This document shows, piece by piece, positions 13,690 to 27,202 of a stretch of 64,000 nucleotides of DNA. Location of the stretch: the NCBI GenBank assembly GCA_951406725.2, contig OX597814.1:120714001-120778000 (forward strand), read 5' to 3'. Each line of letters starts with the position of its first letter. The stretch's first letter is position 1. The DNA is from Octopus vulgaris. Its lineage: Eukaryota. The position numbers and the translations under genes were made by a program. The notes below the pieces were generated by a model. That model saw only the letters and a program-made list of their open reading frames with translations. It did no database searches and was not told the origin of the DNA.

Positions 13690-14556
13690 AATAATAAAAA
13701 ACTCTCGAAATACATAACAATTAAAGTAACACTGACATCTCGTCTTAACAGATATATTTACCAAAATTACATAACAATATTCTGAAATAGTAAAGAGTAA
13801 CATTGTTCAATAAAATCGCCATTGGCTTCAACCACGGCCTTCCGACGGCTTCGGAATCTCCTGCAACCCTTTTGGACGGTCTACTTAAGTTGGTGGATGC
13901 TGCCTTAATCCTTGCCTTCAGTTCATTTTTGGTGTTACAATGAGTTTTGTTGGTCTGTTGCTCAACCGTGCACCACACATAATAATCAAAGGGTTGCACT
14001 CTGGAAAGTTGTGTGGCCAGATTTTAGGGTTGATGTCGCAGATATTACCTGACTGCCATGATTGGGTTCACCTGCTTCTGTGTCATTGTGCAGAGCCATG
14101 TTGCCAGACATAAGGTCTTCCAGCAGACACCCACTTGACTGAGGAAAACACCACCTTCCCAGGCACTTGATGTAGTCCTCCGTGTTGCGTCAGAGACTGT
14201 GCGACAAGGTAAATGGAGGCATAAAGTCACCACCTCTAGTGATCACTCCATACAATATGATGTTTGCTGGATGTTTGACTTTTATCACTCTCGGTACATG
14301 GTTTGTGAACACAGCAAGCCAACAGTCATGATGTATATTCACCATCGGTTCGTACTGGAGCTTCCAACGCGAATTCCAAGCAAGCAGAGCATGTTGTTTC
14401 CAAATTTCTAACGCCTGGGATTGCGTCATGGTGCTGCCTGTCTAACAGACAGTGCCCAACTGACCCAACTATAAGTTATACTCGACAAAATCAAAAACAA
14501 GAATGCGTATGCGAGAAATTAAAAATATAAAATGGCGACAATTTATTCCTTACACC

Positions 14557-14558
<2 letters not shown>
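13690..14558 (-). mobile_element. Internally deleted Tc1/mariner (maT/DD37D-like) DNA transposon relic
   Basis: KHPANIILYGVITRGGDFMPPF, RPYVWQ, WPHNFPECNPFDYYVWCTVEQQTNKTHCNTKNELKARI. The right end aagggtgtaaggaataaattgtcgcc abuts a TA run. Confidence 0.88.
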
Positions 14559-14619
<61 letters not shown>

Positions 14620-14870
14620 GTCAATAAAAGCATGTACAAGCAAGAACAAACAGCAACGCTGGACGCTCAGGAACGAAAAGAAAAGAAAGAGGATTTCAGG
14701 TTTCGAGCGGTGCTCTTCATTAGAGATATAGAAAACGTCTAAAGAAGGGATGACGGAGAGAAAATCGCCAACGATGCGCACGCGGTTACATATTGAAATG
14801 AGTGGAAGGGAATGGGTGAAGAAAAAGTTCTTTCTAAAACCAGAGAGCGCAAGGGAAGGAGGTAAGTGTG
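14620..14870 (-). repeat. Penelope pLTR-like short repeat (family H) with decayed hammerhead-like motif
   Basis: Homologous to 36530-36790 and 52600-52885 (gacgctcaggaa..tttcgagcgg.gctcttcat). Confidence 0.6.
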
Positions 14871-15161
14871 TGTGTATGTGCGTGCGTGTGTATATATGTA
14901 CACGTGTGTGAGTGTATATGTTTGTGCCCTATATATATGTATAGGTGTGTATATGTGTATATATAGAGAGAGATACAGGTAGAGATGTATATGTATATGT
15001 GTGCGTGTGGTGTATTTGTAGGTGCTGCATATTATACATGACCATTCACATATAATCATGCGAACGCACATATATCAATACATATAAGTTCGTATATAAA
15101 TGGTCATGTATTATATGCTATACATACAAAAACATCACGCATTATATTTATATTGTGCATG

Positions 15162-15220
<59 letters not shown>

Positions 15221-15224
15221 TTTA

Positions 15225-15595
15225 GGTACGAATCTAACTTAAATAACAACGAAGAGTTGAGACATATTCAATTCTTATACCAACAAAGGACAGTTAATGA
15301 TTGGAATGAAACCTTAGTGTCGGAAGCAAGAAGCATTAAAAATTTCCATCCGTAGAGAGATATATCACTGTTTACAATAATTAAATCAATCCTTGCTTTT
15401 CCAAACCTACGCATATATATGCATGTGTGTGTTTCCGTGTGTGTATGTGAGAGTGTGTGTATGCATGTATGCTTATATTTGTATTATGTTATGGAGTCTC
15501 CAATCATTAAACGATGGATTAACAACACGGATGATTTTTCTTTAAAATCCAAAATCAAATATATGTTTGGCAAGTAATCTCACTTTATTCATCTC
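15225..15595 (+). mobile_element. CR1/L2-type LINE 3' end remnant, copy 1
   Basis: LRHIQFLYQQRTVNDWNETLVSEARSIKNF resembles the C-terminal R..FF..RVVN.WN.LP..VV.A.S...FK motif; collinear with 18275-18592. Confidence 0.55.
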
Positions 15596-15843
15596 ACCGA
15601 TATAGCCTCTAGCGGTGCACCGATGTGAAACATGTCACGTGTCTAAATGATCGCAGCGGAACGTCAAATGAAATGTTTTGCATAAGAACACAACACACCT
15701 GCCTGCCAAATATACAGAACTAAAATCTTGTAATAACTAATTACAAACCTTAAACACAAGGCCGTGTGTCTTCACACACACGCATAAACGAACACTCACA
15801 CACAGAGTTTACCCACATACTCATAAGGAGGGTAATAGTGTCA

Positions 15844-16075
15844 GGGCGGCGAGCTGGCACAAACGCTAGCACGCCGGGCGAAATGCGTAGCCGTATTTCG
15901 TCTGCCATTACGTTCCGGGTTCAAATTCCGCCGAGGTTAACTTTGCCTTTCATCCTTTCTGGGTCGATGAATTAAGTACTAGTTACGCACTGGGGTCGAT
16001 GTAATCGATTTAATACCTATGTCTGTTCTTGTTTGTCCCCTCTATGTTTAGCCCCTTTTGGGTAATAAAGAAATA
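15844..16075 (+). mobile_element. Full-length SINE, family A
   Basis: B box gggttcaaattcc, Meta-like core, A-rich tail; 13-bp TSD ggtaatagtgtca at 15831-15843 and 16076-16088. Confidence 0.92.
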
Positions 16076-16274
16076 GGTAATAGTGTCAAGAATTCTGAAT
16101 CACGAACTAAACCACCTACGACGGTAAAGAAGCACATGCAACTGTGATGAAATGAAATCCTTGCACCCAGAAGAAACCAGCCACAAAAGAGTGCTATGTA
16201 AACGTAGACATTTACGGCGGTTCTCCAGCATGACCACGTCATTAAGGTGAAAACATGTAAAATAATAAAATAAA

Positions 16275-16700
<426 letters not shown>

Positions 16701-16753
16701 GTATGCATGTATATGCATATACATTTATGCATTTATTGTATTGTGCATGTATA

Positions 16754-17178
16754 GGCGTAGGAGTGGCAGTGTGGTAAGTAGCTTGCTTACCAACCACATG
16801 GTTTTGGGTTCAGTCTCACTGCATGGCACCTTGGACAAGTGCCTTCTACTATCGCCTCGTGCCGACCGAAGCTTTATGAGTGGATTTGGTAGACGGAAAC
16901 TCTAAGAAGCCCGTCGTATATATGTATATATATATATATATATGTTTGTGTGTGTGTGTGTGTGTGTTTGTGTGTCTGTATTTGTCCCCTCAACAACGCT
17001 TGACAACCGATGCTGGTGTATTTACGGCCCCGTAACTTAGCAGTTCGGCCTAAAGGACCGATAGAATAAGTACTAGGCTTACAAAGAATAAGTCCCGAGT
17101 TCCATTTGCTCGACTAAAAGAGGTGCTCCAGCATGGCCTTAGTCAAATGACTGAAACAAGTAAAAGCGTAAAAGAGTA
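16754..17178 (+). mobile_element. Full-length tRNA-derived SINE, family B (CORE-like segment, internal TA/TG microsatellite)
   Basis: A box tggcagtgtgg, B box gggttcagtc, accttggacaagt segment, tail gtaaaagcgtaaaagag; homologous to 33697-34107. Confidence 0.9.
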
Positions 17179-17190
17179 TATATGTATCAT

Positions 17191-17835
17191 AAGGACACAC
17201 GCATACGTCTACTTGGTAGAAATGAGAGCTAAAACCCTCATTTTAACCACCAAAATGACACTGAAAATAATAACGGAATGAACAGTACTCGGTCGAAACG
17301 GATCGAAAAATCCCTTACATACCTATATAGCATAAAGGTATATATTTTTGTATTAGTATATACTTGATGAGTTTCTGGTTTGGTACAACAATCTTACTTT
17401 CATCAGCACGTATTAACCATTTGAAAAAAATTTCCCAATCATTTTTTGAAATGTGTTTTTGCGGCAAATCAGGACAGCCTCAGTGTGAAAATACTAATTA
17501 GGAGCAGATATTCAGGATTGAATGTTTATAGAGATATTAATATTGCTATTATTATCGAAGCCAATATAAATAGTTGATAATAACAGCAACATTAATATAG
17601 GCGGCTGCAGGGCCTAAAATAACATAATATAGCTGTAGTTGTATCAAAACAGAAACCGATCCATATGTATACTGATACCAAAAATACAGCTTTATACTAT
17701 TTGTGTATGTGAGTGATTTTTCGATCTGTTCGCCCGACTACTCTTGATTCGGTTATGCTTTTCAGTGTTATATTGGTGGCATAAACGAGGCTTTTAGCTC
17801 TCATTTCCTGCAGGTAGACGTACGTATGCGTCCTT
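17191..17835. mobile_element. MITE-like non-autonomous DNA transposon with ~200-bp imperfect TIRs
   Basis: 17191-17389 (aaggacacacgcatacgtctac..gaaatgagagctaaaa..gatcgaaaaatc) is the reverse complement of 17638-17835; the interior is non-coding. Confidence 0.85.
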
Positions 17836-17922
17836 TTGACTGATATCATTTTAATTCTGTAGCTATAGTAATATTGATATCTTTATAAATATTAAATCAT
17901 GAATATTTGCTCCTGATTACTG

Positions 17923-18226
<304 letters not shown>

Positions 18227-18274
18227 TGTATGCATATATGTATGTATGTCAGTGTACATGCTTAATACTTTCTG

Positions 18275-18592
18275 AAACTAAGTTTAATACCAGGGAAATG
18301 TTGAGACATTTTGAATTCTTACATACAAACGAAGGACAGGTAATGGTTGAAATGAAATATTATTGTCGGAAGCAAGAAGCACTATAAATTTTCATCCTTA
18401 GAGAAATACGTTCCTCTTCACAATATCTTAAATCTATCTTTGATTTTCCATAGCTACGCATCTATACATATGCGGGTGTGTTGGTGTTATGTTTTGAATT
18501 TCCCAATCATTAGAAGAGGGATAAGGTTTCAGCAATTACTTCCTGAACAACCACACAGATGATTTCTTAGTCGTAATCTCACTCGATCCATC
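18275..18592 (+). mobile_element. CR1/L2-type LINE 3' end remnant, copy 2
   Basis: Collinear with 15225-15595 (ttgagacat..aattctta..aaggacag.taatg..tgtcggaagcaagaagca..ccaatcatta..taatctcact). Confidence 0.55.
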
Positions 18593-18924
18593 ATCATCTT
18601 CTTCTTCTTCTTCTTCTTCTTCTTCTTCTTCTTCTTCTTCTTCTTCTTCTTCTTCTTCTTCTTCTTCTTCTTCTTCTTCTCTTCGTCTTCGTCGTCTTCT
18701 TCTTCTTCTTCTTCTTCTTCTTCTTCTTCTTCTTCTTCTTCTTCTTCTTCTTCTTCTTCTTCTTCTTCTTCTTCTTCTTCTTTTTCTTCTTCTTCTTCTT
18801 CTTCTTCTTCTTCATCTTCTGCTTCTTCATCATCATCATCCTCACCATCATCATCATCATGAATATTATCTTCCTCCTCATCATCATCATCACCATAATC
18901 GCCCTCATCATCTTCGTCATCATC

Positions 18925-18979
<55 letters not shown>

Positions 18980-19002
18980 CCGTCATCATATCATCATCAT
19001 CA
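18589..19002. repeat. (CTT)n followed by (CAT)n trinucleotide microsatellite
   Basis: Directly visible. Confidence 0.95.
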
Positions 19003-20251
19003 GGAACCGCAAAAAAAACAACAAGAAAACGTCATCAGCTGTAACAATAACAAGAAAACAAAAGAAAAGGAAGAAAATAACGGCCGTATTAACCATCAGC
19101 TCAACAGACAGTTTGCTAGCTTTGTTTGCAACAAAACTGTGTCTCGAAAGAAACAACATTATTACGAATAACTATGTAGAATAAAAATTCATATTTCATT
19201 GTAATGGTCGATTTATTCCTTTTCTCTCAGAAATTAATTCCATTTTCGTGATCTTGGGTGAATTAGAATAGAAAACACTGACAGTAAAGCAAGCGAGTCA
19301 TTTACAATTCACAGTTAGAGAGTGTTTTGTTTTTTGTTTTTTTTCCCTGTTATTGCTTCCTTCAGCATGTACTTTTTGTGTAAACTATCAGTTTAAGAAG
19401 AATTATCGAATGTATTACCATTGTGCTATATGTATGCAACCTTGCATTGAATAAATGCCCAATATTGATTTGAATTAATATCTAATATGTTTTGCAATAT
19501 CATTTCAAAGCACGTTTGTCGTAAGAAAACTTATATTTAACTAAATATTCTCGCCATTTTTAATACGCAATGTCGTCTGCATAAAGCGTCCGTCTGCAAA
19601 ACAAATTTTCTGTATATTATGTCTATATAGTACAATCGTTTTTATAAACCATTAAAAATAAATGTAGACTATGAAACTTTGAATTTACAGCAAATGAGTA
19701 TATTGTGCTTTTGAATTTTTAAAGAATATATCTATAAATATTGAGAGATATTTATTAATCGATTAATGTATGTATTATTATATCCGTAATCGATATATTT
19801 GTATTAATGAAAACAATAAGCAATCGCATTTCACAATTATATATTTCCAAAATATGGTAATATGTATCAAATATAATAGGGAATATATTTTTGCTTACAA
19901 TTAAATTCAAATGAGGTACAAGAATATTCGTATTATATAAGGGTATTATATACGTATCGAAGTTTTTTTCTTTTTAAATTATACTTATGTAGTGCCTTAT
20001 AAGCTGAGGTGTCTTCACATACTGTAATGAAAAGTTTATATTTATGTCATATTTATGGGGGTGAGTTGACAAGACGTACTTTAAATCGATTTTTGAGCAA
20101 ATATATCAAAATATATTCTCGGTGACGTCTAGAACCTTCTCCAATATAAATCGACGAATGATCTACTCACACCTACACATGCACCTGGACAGACACAGAT
20201 ATACACACACATACATACAAACACACACACACTCTCCCTCTTTCTCTTTCT

Positions 20252-20297
<46 letters not shown>

Positions 20298-20605
20298 CAC
20301 ACACACACACATAAACACGCAGACACAAATTTATACAGATATATATTTACATAAAAAAACTATCTACTCTCATATGTATATATTCGTTGTTGTGGCTTCC
20401 TAGACATAACTTGAAAAAGATGACAACGTGAATAATGAATTTCAGACTTCTCATAGCAGCGAGTTTCACAATCACTTAGAGCTTTATTTTCTGTAATGGT
20501 TATTGATTAACATCTGTCAGTATTGAGAACAGATATAAGTACAACACACACATTTAAGTATATGTATGTATGTATCTGCATCTATATATATCTGTCTATC
20601 TACTT

Positions 20606-20647
<42 letters not shown>

Positions 20648-20735
20648 ACATATATATATATATATATACACATACACACATATATACATATATATATAGA
20701 GAGATAGAGACATACATATATATACACATATATAT

Positions 20736-20781
<46 letters not shown>

Positions 20782-21099
20782 ATAAATTTGTATGTATATT
20801 GTATTATATTATATATGTACGTGTGTGTATATATGTGTTTGTATATTTATATTGTATGTATATATATATATAATATGTACAGTGTCCGTGATGCTAAGGT
20901 CAACAAATATGTATTCCATCTAGTGGGAGATAGATATCATTTAATAAACTCTGTTTATATTTTGGGGGATCTATTAATTGTTTCACGCGATAAAACCAAC
21001 TCTGGTGCCTTCATGCAGACCCCATGCTCTGCCAACAGGACATAACACGTTATAACGGGAATAAAAGGAAAAAGAAAACAGAAAACCAGGTTAAACAGA

Positions 21100-22650
21100 G
21101 TTATGTTCCGTTATGACCGTAGCTTATTGGATAGGAGCCTAGAATCTGCAGTACACCTTCGCAGTCCTTTGAGTTTGGAATTTTCGAATTTTTTACCAGG
21201 AACTCTATCCTATATTTACATCCGCTGAAATTTTCAGATCTGGAATTCAGCGGTGGAGTTCTTAAATTTGAGAAGGATCTATGATCTTTTCATCTACGCG
21301 TAACTTATGACTTTTTGATCCGATTTCGTGTATATGTTTCAACTAATTACCTCTTGATTGCATGTGGTAACATAAGACTTCAAAGCACATACGTGGCGAG
21401 CCAGCTTAGTGGCTTTAGTTTCGTCACTATGCCGGAAGGTAGCGATTTTTGAAGTCGCCTTCATATATCCCGATGTAAATCTTCTGTTCGGTTATGTTAT
21501 CATTTAGCGTTGCTGTAACTTCTGCTTCATATATCACCGATTTTTTCATGCACTCATGGTCGACGTTTACAGCTATGAGGGTGTTACTTGCATATAACGA
21601 TGCTCTTTGCATTGAGGTAGCAACTACGTGATAATTTGACTGAGCGCTGGTGGAATATTATCAATATCTGTGATTTACTAGAAAATATTTATTTAAGAGA
21701 GACAGAACTTTTTTTTTACCTGTGTTGGTTATAACATTAAGGAAAAATGGGTGTGAGGGCGAAATGAATTATTTTCCTAGGTCTATTTGTAAGTTTATTT
21801 TTCTTATGCGTACTCTTACTATAGGAGTTATAAATTAATTGATAACTAAAGCCACTATTGGCAAGGGTATTGTTGTAGTAGGGAGTAACCTTCTCAAAAA
21901 TGTTTTTAGAGGAAGGGAAGTTAGAAACCCGTTTCTACTCCAGGCACAAGGCCCGAAAATTTTGGGGAGGGGCCATTCAATTAGATCGACCCTGGTACGC
22001 AACTGGTACTTGATTTATCGATCCCGACAGGATGAAAGGCAAAGTCGGCCTTGGCGAAATTTGAACTCAAAACGTAGAGTCAAACGAAATACTGCTAAGC
22101 ATCTTGCCCAGCGTGCTAACCTTTCTGCCACCTCACCGCCTTAGAGAAGTTAGATATTGTGTTGCTAATGTTGGATGTCAGGTGTTTAAACAATATAGTG
22201 TAGCGGTGGGGATGACAAGATTGTGTATGTTAGAAATTTTCTCGTTGGGGTTATGGTGACTTTTATAAGAAAAGTTTAGATCTAGAGAAACATGAGAAAA
22301 CATTTGTCAGTTTAGTAGTGAATGTGATTCTAAGGTGAAGTTGTCTAAGAGTGGAGGTGAGATGTTTCCTAAATTTATTTCAGGTGTGACCATCAGGCCC
22401 ATGGGAAATACGCATCCATCGTCTCAGCATAGGCCAACGTCATTGGATGGGTACTTGAATCTCGATGTGTTTAATGCGAAGCGACCTACGAGATCAAAGA
22501 TGTTAGCACTGTAGTACAATAACATCGGGTACATCGAAAAATTCATCAGTATCGGGCATCTTTACCTCTGCTGAGCCCTTAATAAACAGGAGTGTTTTTC
22601 TTTCATGAAGAACTGTATGTGTATGGAAGAATAGCCGCTTAGTGTATAGT
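21100..22650 (-). mobile_element. Degenerate Penelope-like element (RT C-terminal half plus GIY-YIG endonuclease), interrupted by a SINE
   Basis: HERKTLLF..DTDEFFDV, a decayed YRDDG-type motif near 22415-22435, GKKFLSLLNKYF-like segment, and ECMKKSVIYEAEVTAT..KIYIGIYEGDFKNRY (GIY-YIG). Confidence 0.85.
21926..22142 (-). mobile_element. SINE family A (alternative-tail subfamily) inserted into the Penelope relic
   Basis: Head and core as family A; TSD agggaagttaga (21914-21925) / agagaagttaga (22143-22154), one mismatch. Confidence 0.88.
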
Positions 22651-23345
22651 TCCAACTGATAAGATTGGAGGTGAATCATGATGGTAAGTGATGTTTTCCT
22701 GTTGGAAAGCTGGATAATATTTATAAAGTTTACAGTATAATGTACTAAAATGTGTACCGTTCCATTTTACGGAAAAATGAATTGGCAAGTGGATTACGTT
22801 TGATTGGACTAAAAATTTTTATTCAAACCAGATAACGATGCAAAATATATTTCTAAGCTCCGCATGAACTATATAAAGTGTATCAAAGGAAATAATAACC
22901 TTCCAATTATGAACTGAACCTCACAAATTCCCTAACCTCAATCTTATTGAGATGGATTGGACAAACGGTAAATTCAAAGCTCCCAAACAGTACTAAGAAT
23001 AAGGGAGAACTATTACAAGACGCCCCATAATGTTTAGCTTCACTGATGAATAACGTACCGAGAGTATATGATGTCATTATTGCAAAAAGTTGTGGTTAAT
23101 TTTGTGAGACAAATATATAATTATGATATAGATTATTTTATAATACATTCTGCTAGAAATTAGTAGTTTCCGAAAGAATACTATATATTAATTTAATAAT
23201 AAATTGCCATGAGTCATTTATCATTTTAATTACCGTCATTACTATAATGTCGTGGTATACCGATACTTTTGCAAATGTGTGTGTGTGTGTATATATATAT
23301 GTGTATGTTCATCCCTCTCTCTTTCACTATCTGTCTGTCTGTCTC

Positions 23346-23380
<35 letters not shown>

Positions 23381-23400
23381 GTACATATATATATATATAT

Positions 23401-23611
23401 ATCACGGGATCACGAGACCGACCAGACCATCAAATGTTGTTACACATCGCTGGTCACAATGTGTTCGCATTGTTTTTTAGCCTTCAAATGACGCCACCCG
23501 CTGGCTAAGCGAGCAGGCCAACAGAAGAAAGAGTGGTGAAAGAGTACAGCAGGGATCACCACCCCCTGCCGGAGCCTCGTGGAGCTTTTAGGTGTTTTCG
23601 CTCAATAAACA
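23401..23611 (-). mobile_element. 5'-truncated SINE, family E (related to family C upstream body)
   Basis: Shares gtgtttat(t)gagcgaaa(a)cacctaa..gctccacg.ggctccggcag with family C but has a different 3' half ending in cgtgatcccgtgat. Confidence 0.75.
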
Positions 23612-24929
23612 CTGTTTATTGAGCAATTATGGTGCAATTTCTGTATCTTTTACCAAACCAAGTTTTATATTTTGTTTAGTAAGTATTTTCATCGACCTTT
23701 TATCACTGCATCAAAAAGTCTTGGCTTCACTATTGTGCCAGATACATACGACCCGCTTGCTTGATTAAAGTATGTCATAATGTGTGGAGTTTTAAAACGT
23801 ATATTTCTAAGACTTATTGTTTTTTATATTGACGAGTGAAAGTGGATTTTGTTGTCCTGATCGTTTTCCATCATGAAAAGATTGTTTCATTGAATCTTTT
23901 TTATAGCAAAAGTCACACCATTAAGAGAAATAATCAGTTTAGCGACAATTCTTCTTATTGAATATCCTTCTTCTGAAATAGTTATTGTTACTCAAAATTA
24001 TTGTTAATCCATTTTCTTGAATTTTATAGTAAAAATGTATTATATTTTCTGAAAAGAAGAGACATAACTATCATGATTTTGAATAAAAATCTTTGACACA
24101 ATTTTTTTTTATAATCTCATAGATTCTAATTGTAGAAAAACGAAGCTTATCAAAACAAAATTTTGATACAGCAAAACACGATTGCTATGTGAATGATTTG
24201 GTATTTGTAACTAAAAGTGCTATAGTCTCTTCAAAGACAAAACTAGGGAAAGTAAGTTAACGTATATCTTTCACGTTAATTTATACGTTTACTTTATTTA
24301 CAAGGGTTGCATTGATATATTTAAAATGTTTGACATGCCATAAATCACTGCGGGTTTTAAATAAATAGACTCTTAAAATGATAAATTGAAGTGTACTCAA
24401 AATTTCGAAATACGCACACTGACACATGCGCACACACACTGACACACACATACACCCAACCGCAACACACACATACAAAAAAAACATACACACACATATC
24501 GTCAAATAAATTACGTTCTACTTACATATTTTTCAACCAATAACGCCGAGAAAATTAAGTTCTATGTAATTGGGAAGAGAGATTCTCATGCATATAATTA
24601 AGCTTGTACTCACTTCATTATCTTTATGAGAAGGGGACATAAGCGAGATAGCTTCTGTACGTATGAATATATATGTCACTTGTTATAATCAATATCATTG
24701 GCAGTTATATAACTTTATCAATAAATTACATACATCTAGGTAGGTTACGATTACAACAGAATATCAGCTAAATAAAACCTACATGAAATTTATAATAAAT
24801 TATTTCGCGAAGTTTGCTATTTGTAGAGTCAAAAGGTTTATTGAAATATATTCAAGAGTAATTTAATATGGTAGGTGGAAACAGACTTTATAATAAGAAA
24901 GATGTGCTAAAATAAGAAGTGGGGATTTA

Positions 24930-25125
24930 TACAGTTCTATGTTTAAGAGATGAGGAACCATGTACATTACTTACATTCTTTATAATGGACGGGTATTTGT
25001 CCTCATCTTGTTTGTTGTTAACACAACGTTTTGGCTGAAATATCCTCCAGCCTTCATCAAGTGTCTTGGGGAAATTTAGAACTTGGGTTCTCATCACTAA
25101 GGTATTTTTCGATGGTGTTGTTGTT
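24930..25125 (-). repeat. Penelope pLTR-like short repeat (family G), decayed minimal hammerhead
   Basis: Reverse complement of 25309-25460; core reads ttgatga..aaaacgtt. Confidence 0.75.
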
Positions 25126-25129
25126 GTTA

Positions 25130-25282
<153 letters not shown>

Positions 25283-25363
25283 TCTTTATTCTTATAAAAA
25301 TAATAAGAACAACAACATTGAAAAATACTTGGGAATGAGACCCCAGGTTCGAAATTTCCCCAA

Positions 25364-25409
25364 GACACCTGATGAAGCCTGGAGGGTATATCAGCCGAAA
25401 CGTTGTGTT
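25364..25409 (+). ncRNA. Minimal type I hammerhead ribozyme motif within a family G repeat (25309-25463)
   Basis: gacac-CTGATGA-a-g(c)ctg..cagcc-GAAAC-GTT-gtgtt: helix I gacac/gtgtt, one mismatch in helix II, palindromic AACGTT helix III. Confidence 0.6.
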
Positions 25410-25527
25410 AACAACAAACAAGATGAGGCCAAATATCCGGCAATTGTAAATAATATAATTAATGAGGGGATTTATGATGAGGGAAATGATGGAAGGAGCA
25501 ATGCATAGGTATACAGTGTTAGGATGT

Positions 25528-25833
25528 GGAGGCACATGGCCTAGTGGCTAGAGCAGCGGACTCCCGGTCGAAGGATCGCGGCTCCGAATCTCAGACTGGG
25601 TGATGTGTGTGTTTATGAGTGAAACACCTAAGCCCCATGCGGCTCCGGCAGAAGGTAATGGCGAACTTCTGCTGACTCTTTTGTCACAACGTTCTGTGAC
25701 TCTTTCCTCCTGCGTCTAGCAGCTCACTTGCGACAGACCGGGGTTCCGTCCAGGTGGTGAACTTGTATACCAATGAAACCGGGAAACCGGCACTTATGAG
25801 CCAGGCATGGCTCGAGAAGCAACACATAACAAT
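25528..25833 (+). mobile_element. Full-length tRNA-derived SINE, family C (V-domain-like segment)
   Basis: A box tggcctagtgg, gcgac.gaccgg..ccgtccaggtgg segment, (aac)n tail; 11-bp TSD agtgttaggat at 25515-25525 and 25834-25844. Confidence 0.9.
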
Positions 25834-26144
25834 AGTGTTAGGATACAAAAGAATGTAACATGAAGACATTCTTTGTTAGATAGTAAGCGCAATACTGAAA
25901 CTAGTTGGATAGCGATTACTAAATTGGTTACTTTTGCGTCTAAAATTTATATTGGTGTTACTTTCATTCGAGCATGCATATAAAACACAGTCTGCAAGGA
26001 TTTTTTTCTGTAGAACAACTGATCACAGATATATCACAAGTAGGTGACACTTAGTGGCTCGTTTTGAAAGTTTTAAATCTAGTCGTGTGAACCCTTCCGA
26101 CGTACTACTTAAAAATAAGCCATGTGCTCAAATTAAAATTTATG

Positions 26145-26322
26145 CTTTTCTGCTCTAGGCACAAGGCACGAAATTTGGGGGGAGGAGACAGTTGATTAGA
26201 TCTAACCCAGTACGCAACTGTTACTGAATTTATAGAATCCGAAATGTAAAGTCTACCTCGGCGGAATTTGAACTCAGAACGTAAAGACAGAAGAAATGCC
26301 GCTAAGCATTTCGCCCAGCGTA
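26145..26322 (-). mobile_element. SINE family A (alternative tail)
   Basis: gcggaatttgaactcagaacgtaaagacag..gctaagcatttcgcccagcg. Confidence 0.85.
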
Positions 26323-26487
26323 CGTAGTGCACGATACTAGCGATTCTTTTTATGTTACTCTTAGACTCCATTCGAGTATGTATGTAATTGGAGCTGGGCA
26401 TGCTACATTTGCACAGGAATCCCGTGAAAAGACATATTGTACTTTCATTTTGGTGTTAAGCTGACGTCTCAATAAATCTTTATTTTG

Positions 26488-26670
26488 ACGCGGCTACCTG
26501 GCAGAGACGTTACCACGCTGGGCGAAATGCTTAGCGGCATTTCGCCTGTCTAATTCTCCCGAGGTCGACTTTACCCTGCGGAGTCGATAAATTAAGTAAC
26601 AGTTGCCTGTCGATAAATTAAGTAACAGTTGCCAAATTTCGGGCATTGTTCCTAGAGTAGAAAAGAATAA
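26488..26670 (+). mobile_element. SINE family A, rearranged
   Basis: Head ctggcagagacgttaccacgctgggcgaaatgcttagcgg; core segment tandemly duplicated. Confidence 0.8.
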
Positions 26671-26824
26671 ATTATCATTTGAACACAGGACTTATTTTTA
26701 AGTAGTACCTTTGTGTATAAAGATGAGAATAAATTTTGTTAATGCAAAATTTGATGATCAAACACACACACATACAAACAAACAAACAAACATCCATATA
26801 TATATTCACATACGCACACACACA

Positions 26825-26904
<80 letters not shown>

Positions 26905-26935
26905 TTATAGAAAGATATATATAGGTATATAAATG

Positions 26936-26981
<46 letters not shown>

Positions 26982-26991
26982 AATATACATG

Positions 26992-27202
26992 CTTAGCTAT
27001 GAGAGGTCGCTAGCCATTACACACATTTTTTATTCTCTCCTAGTTTCTCTCCTTGTTTCTTTCTGTATTCCTTTCTGTGGAAGAGCGTAGGCTCGAAACG
27101 TTAAAGTCTTTCTCAATTATAAAGCGTTATACTAATACATCTGTTTGTTTTCTACACCACCAGTCTTCGTCTTTTGGTTTTATCGCGAATTCTTCCCCTA
27201 TA
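26992..27202 (+). repeat. Penelope pLTR-like short repeat (family I) with variant hammerhead-like motif
   Basis: cttt-CTGTGGA-a-gagc-gtag-gctc-GAAAC-GTT-aaag at 27071-27106; second copy at ~33480-33675. Confidence 0.6.

Noticed and set aside
15844-15935. tRNA gene candidates at SINE heads (A/B boxes)
   Set aside because: The heads continue into SINE cores and tails with TSDs, and no complete cloverleaf is evident.
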